NCBI GenBank assembly: GCA_963704435.1
Contig: OY969902.1
Coordinates: 600,001-632,000, forward strand
Direction: 5' to 3'
Length of the DNA stretch: 32,000 nt
DNA from: an uncultured archaeon
Lineage (GTDB): Archaea > Micrarchaeota > Micrarchaeia > Micrarchaeales > CABMGC01
In this document: positions 25,667-32,000 of the stretch, in pieces
Numbering within the stretch: the stretch's first letter is position 1
Layout of the letters: each line of letters begins with the position of its first letter
Notes under the pieces: model-generated
Databases searched by the model: none
What the model saw: only the letters and a program-made list of their open reading frames with translations
Told to the model about the DNA's origin: nothing
Program-made: the position numbers and the translations under genes

Positions 25667-25848
25667 TTTAGCATTAGATTTAAATATGTGCTATTGTAAA
25701 GTCTCCTTTACCTAAAGGACAAGATAAAGATGGTTTCAAAATCGAAACCGCTTCCGATAAGTGCGGCACTGACTGCGACAGGTTGCTCTGTTCCAGCCGA
25801 ACCTAATTCTGGCGCTAATCGCGATCATTACTGAAACGAGGCTACGTG

Positions 25849-26295
25849 ATGTTGGGACCACATCTAACAATGGATCTGTACGGCTGCGATGCGCATGCGC
25901 TCAGCTCCAAGGAGCTGATATACGTAATGCTCGACGAGCTTCCGGGTTTGCTGAAGATGCGCAAGATAACGAAGCCGCAGATACTGCCTTATGGAGGGAC
26001 GAAAGGCACGTTCGACAGGGGAGGCATATCCGCATTCGTGATAATCGCGACATCCCACATAAGCATACACACGTTTGTCCGCCAGAGGTACGCATCGATA
26101 GACATCTTCTCGTGCAAGGAGTTCGACGCTGGAAGGGCCGCGGCGTACGTCTCATCGAAATTCGGCGCGAAGAGAATGGAATCCAATCTCCTTTCCCGCG
26201 GAAGGGAGTTTCCGAAGGACGTTATCAAGTCCGGCGCAATCGTGGCGCGAGACAGGAAAAAGGAGGAGGCAAAGGCGCCCCGTGCAGAACGATAG
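25849..26295 (+). CDS. speH: Pyruvoyl-dependent S-adenosylmethionine decarboxylase proenzyme family (SpeH-like; a substrate of AdoMet versus arginine is not resolvable)
   Basis: GPHLTMDLYGC, the ATSHISIHTF self-processing region and ASIDIFSC match class-1 AdoMetDC. GTG 25846 is an alternative start. Confidence 0.8.
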   Translation: MLGPHLTMDLYGCDAHALSSKELIYVMLDELPGLLKMRKITKPQILPYGGTKGTFDRGGISAFVIIATSHISIHTFVRQRYASIDIFSCKEFDAGRAAAYVSSKFGAKRMESNLLSRGREFPKDVIKSGAIVARDRKKEEAKAPRAER

Positions 26296-26349
26296 AGCGG
26301 AGCGGACAGGCATCGCATGCGCCGCATCGCGATAATCAGTGAAAAAGAA

Positions 26350-26397
26350 GTGTTAAGGTGTGGTGGGTGGGGATAAGAAGAATATGCACCTTAACAC
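26350..26397. terminator. 11-bp perfect hairpin between convergent speH and carS; followed by TTCTTTTT on the - strand
   Basis: GTGTTAAGGTG (26350-26360) pairs with CACCTTAACAC (26387-26397). The - strand reading is followed by an oligo-T-rich run (the complement of gaaaaagaa at 26341-26349). Confidence 0.4.
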
Positions 26398-26520
26398 AGG
26401 CTAACTAATTATTCATTAATGTTTAAATACCTTTCGGAAAAAATTATTGGATTGCGCAATTTTTGCAGGTTCCATTCCTCGAAAGAATTCGACGTCAAAA
26501 CATTAATTCCGCGCAGCGAC

Positions 26521-27036
26521 CTACCACGGGACGCTCTTTATCTTCGCCCTGTGCGCCATGATGTTGGTGGCCTTGTGGAGCACGCCCGTAAGCACGGCGA
26601 TTACCAGCAGGCCAGGAATTCCATAAGGCGAAGACAACAGGTCGGAGAATGGCAGCGCGAACGCAAGCGCGAACGCAAGGAAGAGGTACTGATCGAACAG
26701 AGCCCAGCTCGATCCCTCTTTCTTACCGATTCTTCTCTTCATGAAACTGCCGAACAGGTCTCCCGCATGCGTACCAAGCGTCAGCATGACTCCGATGAGC
26801 AGCATGCTCGGAAGGAACGCCGACTCAAGCGCGGCTACGATGAATCCCGCCGCAATTCCGGCCAGCAGCCCCCTTATCGTCTTATGGCTGCCGAAGATCG
26901 GCTTCCCCCCTATCTTCCTGCCGAAATCTACCGGCTTCCCGCCGCCGAAAATTACCGGCGCCCCGTTCGCGACCCACGCAGGGAGTATGAATATTATCGG
27001 ATATACCAGGACGCCGTAGATCAAGTCAGATAGCAT
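26521..27036 (-). CDS. carS: CDP-archaeol synthase (CarS, DUF46 family)
   Basis: A 171-aa polytopic membrane protein with PAWVANGAPVIFGGGKPVDFG and IFGSHKTIRGLLAG signatures of the CarS family. Confidence 0.85.
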   Translation of the reverse strand: MLSDLIYGVLVYPIIFILPAWVANGAPVIFGGGKPVDFGRKIGGKPIFGSHKTIRGLLAGIAAGFIVAALESAFLPSMLLIGVMLTLGTHAGDLFGSFMKRRIGKKEGSSWALFDQYLFLAFALAFALPFSDLLSSPYGIPGLLVIAVLTGVLHKATNIMAHRAKIKSVPW

Positions 27037-27043
27037 AATAGCC

Positions 27044-29719
27044 CTACTTTCTGGTTATCCTGCCCTGCGCGGAGCGCTTGGATCCCCCGCCCTTGAAATC
27101 CTGGCCCTTCAGCCTCTCGCTGACCAGCTCCGCCGCATTGGCCTTTGACGAGACGCCGGTCATGCAGACCACGTCACCCTCCCTGTTCTTAAGAAGCACC
27201 GCGCAGTCGCTATTCCTCTTTACGAGCAGGTCGGCTATCCTGACCATCATCTTCCTGTCCACATCCAGCTCCCTCTCTATGAGCTCGCCGTCCTCGATCG
27301 ACTCCGCGATGCTGTAGGCTAGCAGGTCGCGGCCCTTCTCCAGCTCCTTGTGCATGGCCCTGTTCTCGTTCTGAAGCTCCTCGAGCCTCTTGTCCAGGAG
27401 GAGGGGCTCAGAGTTCATAGCATCAGCAAGCCTCCCGAGCTCTCCGTGCTCCTCGCGGAAGAGCCTGAGCGCGGCCGGCCCCGCGACGAACTCTATCCTG
27501 TCCACCCCGTCGTGTATCCGGGCAGTGCTGATTATCTTGACCATCCCGACATAATTCTCCCTCCCGACCGCGTGCAGACCACCGCAGGCCTCCGCGTCGA
27601 TCAGGTCATTGTCCAGCGTCCTTATGGTGACGATGCGCATGCTCTTCGATGGCGCGCCGTGGCCCTGGTAGATGGAGAAGCCGTACTTGGATTCCGCGTC
27701 CCCCCTGCTCATCTCCACCGCGCTGACCCTTATCCCATTGAAGAGCCACGAGTTGACGAGATCCTCCATGGCAGCGACCTCCTTATCATCGAGTTTTTCG
27801 TAGTGCGCTATGTCGATGTGCGCCTTCCCGTATTCCTTCTTGGCGCCTTCCTGCCACGCATGCTCTCCCAGGACCCTCCTCGCGGCCGCGCTTATGAGGT
27901 GGGTGGCCGTGTGGTGCGCGATTATGGATTTCCTCCTCTCCTCATCCACCACCGCCTCGACATTATCCCCTTTCTTGAACTTGGTGTCCTTCTCTGCCAC
28001 GTGCACCACGACGTCTCCGATCTTCTGCACGTCGACGACCCTCACGCCGCCCACCGTGCCCGTGTCGGAGGCCTGCCCCCCGCTCTCTGGGTAGAAAGGC
28101 GTCTTGTCGAGCGCGAAGTACCTGCCCTTGGAGAACACTACCCTGGCATCGGCCTTTGTGGCGAAATCGTAGTACAGCTTCTGCGTTCCCTTAAGGGACG
28201 CGGGAAGCGCGATGTCGAGCTTCTTCGCCTTCTCCCTGCCTGCGGAGTTGTCTGCGATGATGTCCATGTAGACGTTCTCCGGAAGCCTGACCTCCACCCC
28301 CCTTTCGTCAGCCACCCGGGTTATGAGCTCGGGGGTTATCCCGCTGCTCTCGTAGAGCGTCCTTACCTGCTCCTTGCTTATGGTGTCGCTCTTGTCCAGT
28401 AGGAGCTCTATGGCCCTCTTCGCGCTCTCCCGGGTCTTGCCGTACCTCGCCCTCTCTACCTCCACGACCTTGTCGAACGTGTCGAGCCTTCCGTGCAGTT
28501 CGGGGTATGTGCCTTTGAGCTCCCCAGCGACCATGCGCGCGAGCGTCTGCATGTCGATGTCGAGCTTGTAGGTGTCGATGAAGTCTAGTGCCCTCCTGAG
28601 TATGATGCGCAGGTTGTATCCGCCTCCGACGTTGGAAGGGAGCGATCCGTCGGTGATGGCGAACAGCAGCGTCCGGGTGTGGTCGACGGTCGCGTACAGC
28701 GCCTGCATCGGCTTTATCTTCCTCTCGTAGTCCCTCTCGCTTATCCCGGTGCGCTTCAGTATCCCCTTCTCGACCGCGCTCACGTTGCTGACCTCGTCGC
28801 GATTGAGCTCTCCGCCGTGCACCGCGAACCTGCCGTAAAGCTCGTGGTCGAACTCGACGTCCACCTGCTTCCGTACCTTTGAAAGGGTCCCGCTGAAGGC
28901 GGCCTCGTACGCGTTGCTGTGCCCTGTGTAGAACCAGAGGGCCCTCTCGAACCCCCAGCCCACGTCGACTACCTTGTTCGTGAGCTCGCGCACCTTCCCG
29001 CCAGCGAGCTCGAACTGCGTGAATACGCTGTTGACTATCTCGAGGCCTCCCGAGAAGCTCTCCAGGCACGGGCCGAACTCAGAGAAGTCGCCCATCGCCC
29101 ATACGTCCTCGTGGTAGCTTATCTCATCCTCAGGTATCCCTATGACCTTGGTGAGGAAGTCGAAATTGAGCTCTATCGCGCGGTCGCGCCAGTAGCCCTC
29201 CTTCGGATAGTTGAAGGCGGTCTGGTTGGCCATCATGAACGACGTGAAGTGCGATCCAGTTACTCCGACGTTCTCGGTGTCGTTGAACCGAAGGCACATC
29301 TGCGGCACCATCAGCGGGTTCGCCCCGTACTCGAAGCCCATGAACCCGTTCTCGAGCCGCTGGAAGTCCTGTATCCCTGCAATCGTGAAGTACAGGTCCG
29401 GCCTCCACCTGCTCACGACAGGATACCTCTTCACGATCTCGTGGCCATTGTCCTTGAAGAACTTCGCGAACCTCTTCCAGAAGTCGGAGTAGCCGATGTG
29501 TTGCGGCCTGTCCTTGAAGAAGCTGTAGCTGTTGTGCGAAGAGTCCCCGCAGTTGTCGGTGTCGGAGATGCTCCAGAAGTTCATGCCGCAGTATTTGCAC
29601 GTGCGTCGCCTGAAGCCGCGATCCCCGAACAGCTTGCTGTGGTAGTATTTCCTGTAGTCCTTGGCGAATTCTCTCTTCAGGTAGTCCTTCCTCAGTCCTC
29701 CACGCTGCGCTACCAACAC
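27044..29719 (-). CDS. alaS: Alanine--tRNA ligase (archaeal type)
   Basis: An N-terminal CKYCGMNFWS..CGD zinc motif, class-II core, editing-domain HHTATHL and CGGLH, and a C-terminal DHHA1-like region are present. The track ORF extends to ATG 29779, which overlaps the upstream gene by 55 nt. An in-frame GTG 29719 or TTG 29716 sits just after the upstream stop and gives an N-terminus of more normal length. Confidence 0.95.
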   Translation of the reverse strand: MLVAQRGGLRKDYLKREFAKDYRKYYHSKLFGDRGFRRRTCKYCGMNFWSISDTDNCGDSSHNSYSFFKDRPQHIGYSDFWKRFAKFFKDNGHEIVKRYPVVSRWRPDLYFTIAGIQDFQRLENGFMGFEYGANPLMVPQMCLRFNDTENVGVTGSHFTSFMMANQTAFNYPKEGYWRDRAIELNFDFLTKVIGIPEDEISYHEDVWAMGDFSEFGPCLESFSGGLEIVNSVFTQFELAGGKVRELTNKVVDVGWGFERALWFYTGHSNAYEAAFSGTLSKVRKQVDVEFDHELYGRFAVHGGELNRDEVSNVSAVEKGILKRTGISERDYERKIKPMQALYATVDHTRTLLFAITDGSLPSNVGGGYNLRIILRRALDFIDTYKLDIDMQTLARMVAGELKGTYPELHGRLDTFDKVVEVERARYGKTRESAKRAIELLLDKSDTISKEQVRTLYESSGITPELITRVADERGVEVRLPENVYMDIIADNSAGREKAKKLDIALPASLKGTQKLYYDFATKADARVVFSKGRYFALDKTPFYPESGGQASDTGTVGGVRVVDVQKIGDVVVHVAEKDTKFKKGDNVEAVVDEERRKSIIAHHTATHLISAAARRVLGEHAWQEGAKKEYGKAHIDIAHYEKLDDKEVAAMEDLVNSWLFNGIRVSAVEMSRGDAESKYGFSIYQGHGAPSKSMRIVTIRTLDNDLIDAEACGGLHAVGRENYVGMVKIISTARIHDGVDRIEFVAGPAALRLFREEHGELGRLADAMNSEPLLLDKRLEELQNENRAMHKELEKGRDLLAYSIAESIEDGELIERELDVDRKMMVRIADLLVKRNSDCAVLLKNREGDVVCMTGVSSKANAAELVSERLKGQDFKGGGSKRSAQGRITRK

Positions 29720-29724
29720 GCTAT

Positions 29725-30597
29725 CTATCCCTTCCACCACACTTTGCACTCGTTCCCGAAGAACCTGCAGAAGTTGCACTTCCTCGTCTCGCTCTCTGGC
29801 ACCGGCGCGCTCTCGCGCTTCCCGAGCCAGAATCCCATCGCATAGACAAGGTCCTTGCCCATGGCCTCCTCAGTGTAGTCGACGTCTATGCTGGCTATCT
29901 GCTTTCCGCTGAACCTGTCGACGTAGGCGACCTCCAGCCTGTCGCTGAGCTCCGGCATGCTGCATATCTCGTTGAACATCTTCTTATACATTTCATGCGT
30001 GTCGAGCATCTCGTCCTGTATGCCCATAGCCACGAGCTCCCTCCTGAAAGCGTCCGACAGGCCGGACTTCCCTGGCGCGACCCCGTAGACCGCGGAGAAG
30101 TTCTCGTAAGCGTACCTCTTCGACCTTATGTCTTCCATCATCTTCCTGTAGAGCATGACCTGGACGATGTGCGGCCTAGTGTAGCTGCCCTCGAGCTTCC
30201 TTCCTGCCTCTGTGGTCTTCCGCTCGACCACTTGGATCCTCCCATCCTTGAGCCTCATCTCATCTATCTGCCCTGAGATGCGGTATCCGTTCACGGACCC
30301 GTAGACCCTGAACTCCCTGCACACGCCCTTCCTTTTCAGGGAGTCGAGCGACATGACGTTCTCGTACGCGGTCTTGTACATGTAGTCCTTGAACGTGACG
30401 GGCTCTATAGTCAGGGGCACGTACACCTCCTCCTGGAGCGCCTCGTGGACCTGCCTGCCCTTCGCCATCTCCTTCGTGTACTTCCTGCCGTGGATGCAGC
30501 TGAGCTCCATCTGCCTCTCGCACCAGAACTGGTTGGCTATGTCCGTTACCCTTATCGAGGTCTTCTTCAGCCTGCCAAGCACGCTAGCCTCCGCCAT
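29725..30597 (-). CDS. Cas4/Exo5-family PD-(D/E)xK nuclease with 4Fe-4S cysteines (stand-alone)
   Basis: An N-terminal FWCERQ Cys (C26), GQIDEM...VVERKT (D112, E125, K127), QVMLY (QxxxY) and a C-terminal CNFCRFFGNEC (C-x2-C-x6-C) are present. No CRISPR array or cas genes lie in the window. Confidence 0.7.
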   Translation of the reverse strand: MAEASVLGRLKKTSIRVTDIANQFWCERQMELSCIHGRKYTKEMAKGRQVHEALQEEVYVPLTIEPVTFKDYMYKTAYENVMSLDSLKRKGVCREFRVYGSVNGYRISGQIDEMRLKDGRIQVVERKTTEAGRKLEGSYTRPHIVQVMLYRKMMEDIRSKRYAYENFSAVYGVAPGKSGLSDAFRRELVAMGIQDEMLDTHEMYKKMFNEICSMPELSDRLEVAYVDRFSGKQIASIDVDYTEEAMGKDLVYAMGFWLGKRESAPVPESETRKCNFCRFFGNECKVWWKG

Positions 30598-30672
30598 ATG
30601 GAATCGTCCCTACAAAACAGATCAGACCGCCTATCTCTCGTCATAGCATAGCTCAGCGATCTTAGTCATCAT

Positions 30673-31347
30673 ATGAGCTTTTATTTATTGATGAAACTTA
30701 ATAACCCTATGCAGCTTCTCGACAGATACGACCTCTTCATCTTCGATTGGGACAACACCCTGAGCAGCTCCACCGCACCCATCAGGGCGATGCAGCTCGT
30801 GAAGAAGGACGTCCTGCTGTGGTACGCCAGGACGCACAGCGAGAAATACAGGAAGGAGCTCACCCTGAAGATGGACGACATGCTGAACAAGGCGGCCGAG
30901 AACAACTTCTACGCGAAGCTGTACGACACCTACTCGCGCTTCTTCAGGCCCGGCCTCAAGAGCGGGGCTCTCGATGTCCTGAGGCTGCTGAAGAGGAACG
31001 GGAAGAAGGTGGCGATATTCAGCGACGCTAGGACGTACCGCCTTTTCAGCGAGACGCGGGGCCTGGGCGTGCTGAGGTACGCGGACCTTGCGCTGGCGGC
31101 CGAGTCGATACACTATTACAAGCCTAATCCGGCTGGGCTCCTGCTGATAATGGACAGGTTCAAGGTATCCAAGGCGAAGACGGTGTACATCGGAGACATG
31201 GCCTCGGACATCCTGACCGCGAAGTTCGCGGGCGTCGACTCCTGTGGAGTGGCGGACGGCCTGGACCCGTACGACGGCCTGAAGTCCGCCGGTGCCAGTC
31301 ACATGTTCAGGAATATGAGCGGCCTGCTGAGCACGCTTGAAGCGTAA
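30673..31347 (+). CDS. HAD-superfamily phosphatase (PGP-like)
   Basis: Motif I is FIFDWDNTL (DxDxT), motif II is IFSD, and motif III/IV is K...YIGDMASD. ATG 30691 and 30709 are alternative starts. Confidence 0.8.
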   Translation: MSFYLLMKLNNPMQLLDRYDLFIFDWDNTLSSSTAPIRAMQLVKKDVLLWYARTHSEKYRKELTLKMDDMLNKAAENNFYAKLYDTYSRFFRPGLKSGALDVLRLLKRNGKKVAIFSDARTYRLFSETRGLGVLRYADLALAAESIHYYKPNPAGLLLIMDRFKVSKAKTVYIGDMASDILTAKFAGVDSCGVADGLDPYDGLKSAGASHMFRNMSGLLSTLEA

Positions 31348-31452
31348 TCGCGCGCCGGCGTCTTTTCCCTTCGCAAATCACACAAACATTTATAAGAGAT
31401 TCAAATCATATAAATTGACGCAGACAGTACTGTTCTGCAGAAGATGGATTGA

Positions 31453-31722
31453 ATGAGAAGTGAAAATGAAGAAGAGGGCGGAAGAGGAGGAGAAAGGAGA
31501 GGAATGAACCCCAACTACTTCCTGCCAAAACCTGTGAAAGTAGGGGACGTGATAGAAGTAACCATCGAAGGCACTGCAAGCAGGGGGGACGGGATAGCTA
31601 AGAAGGACGGTTTCGTCATCTTTGTCAAGGGCGCGAAGCCGGGAGACAAGCTCATGGTCAAGATAACTGACGTGAGGACCAGGTTCGCCATAGGAGAGCC
31701 GGAAGCGGCATCGCAGAGCTAA
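31453..31722 (+). CDS. Small TRAM-domain protein with Gly/Arg-rich N-terminal tail
   Basis: PKPVKVGDVIEVTIEGTASRGDGIAKKDGFVIFVKGAKPGDKLMVKITDVRTRFAIGE is a canonical stand-alone archaeal TRAM domain. The N-terminal GGRGGERRG resembles the RGG tails of this family. ATG 31504 is an alternative start. Confidence 0.8.
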   Translation: MRSENEEEGGRGGERRGMNPNYFLPKPVKVGDVIEVTIEGTASRGDGIAKKDGFVIFVKGAKPGDKLMVKITDVRTRFAIGEPEAASQS

Positions 31723-31748
31723 ACGGATTTCCGAAATTTATTTCGCGT

Positions 31749-31792
31749 GCGCGCCCGATGCGCGCCGCTTTTCCTATTTCTATCTTTCTTTA
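31749..31792 (+). terminator. Hairpin plus T-rich tract downstream of the TRAM gene
   Basis: GCGCGC-ccgat-GCGCGC (31749-31765) is followed by cgCTTTTCCTATTTCTATCTTTCTTT, matching the oligo-T termination signals used by archaeal RNAP. Confidence 0.5.
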
Positions 31793-31886
31793 CGGTGGAT
31801 AACTCTGCCCCGATTCACAAGCTGTTAGCGAAGCACACGCCGATCAAAGATAACATATAAATAATCCGATTGCAAGGTTTGGTTCG

Positions 31887-32000
31887 ATGGCTCAAAACGG
31901 TGCGGAAAAGAGGTTTGTCAAATTCCTGTTTGTCACAGACTGGGCTCTGAGCGCCGACCTCGCTTGGGAACTCCAGAAGGAAGGTCATGCCGTAAAGTTC
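31887..32000 (+). CDS. 5' fragment of an unidentified CDS running off the window
   Basis: ATG 31887 lies about 27 nt after a TATA-like ACATATAAATAA. The translation MAQNGAEKRFVKFLFVTDWALSADLAWELQKEGHAVKF stays open to the window end and looks like a Rossmann-like beta-alpha start. It is too short to assign. Confidence 0.3.
   Translation, partial: MAQNGAEKRFVKFLFVTDWALSADLAWELQKEGHAVKF

Noticed and set aside
26419-27033. A 204-aa + strand ORF overlapping carS.
   Set aside because: It is antisense to a clear CDP-archaeol synthase gene, and its translation is Arg/Glu/Gln-rich junk. Only its first about 100 nt are intergenic.
27350-29845. Long + strand ORFs (350 aa at 27350-28402; 308 aa at 28919-29845) antisense to alaS. 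Similar antisense ORFs lie in polC (17791-18627), DP1 (14272-15108), thermosome (2231-3097) and SecY (12741-13190).
   Set aside because: Their translations are low-complexity Arg/Pro/Leu/His/Val-rich with no motifs. They sit opposite genes with unambiguous homology-type motifs. Such shadow ORFs are expected in GC-rich RNY-biased coding sequence.
30646-30658. GCATAGCTCAGCG, resembling a tRNA acceptor/D-arm start, upstream of the HAD gene.
   Set aside because: No matching D-stem closure, anticodon arm, T-arm (GTTCRA) or complementary acceptor 3' strand follows within 150 nt on either strand.
1-32000. CRISPR arrays, rRNA genes, IS elements and inteins in PolD or other large genes.
   Set aside because: No regularly spaced direct repeats or transposase-like ORFs were seen. 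DP2 (1152 aa) and the other large proteins show no intein-sized insertions or intein block motifs.

Overview
This is a gene-dense archaeal chromosomal segment of roughly 55-58% GC, judged from hand counts of sample lines, with two patches near 48% GC. Almost all of it is housekeeping. On the + strand: a 5'-truncated AglB/STT3 oligosaccharyltransferase, thermosome, archaeal adenylate kinase, a DUF106 (YidC-like) membrane protein, L34e-cmk-L14e, SecY, both PolD subunits (DP1, DP2), endonuclease IV, SpeH-type pyruvoyl decarboxylase, a HAD phosphatase and a TRAM protein. On the - strand: Taw1, UPF0147, TatD, a class-III aminotransferase, FMN reductase, an alpha/beta hydrolase, proline dehydrogenase, CDP-archaeol synthase, AlaRS and a Cas4/Exo5-like Fe-S nuclease. 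I saw no rRNA, CRISPR array, transposase or integrase. PolD, thermosome, Taw1 and CarS make the archaeal assignment firm. The finer lineage cannot be fixed from this window; a tRNA with a T-loop intron is reminiscent of DPANN/ARMAN-like or other intron-rich archaea. The main second-look items are: (1) a tRNA-Arg(UCU) gene split by two bulge-helix-bulge introns (37/38 and 59/60). (2) secY detached from the ribosomal-protein cluster and translationally coupled to a tandem V4R protein, behind a CxxC thioredoxin-like (DUF929-like) glycoprotein and a Cys-rich 4-TM protein, which may form an extracytoplasmic thiol-disulfide module. (3) A HerA/DUF87-type ATPase lacking a HAS barrel, fused to a wHTH plus an Hjc-like PD-(D/E)xK-type domain, downstream of nfo and a small unknown gene, all behind a 340-nt intergenic region with tandem TATA/palindrome modules and a GC-rich hairpin cluster. 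(4) A lower-GC patch holding an unknown ORF that overlaps tatD by about 105-110 nt. All functional calls come from motif recognition by eye; no database search was possible.
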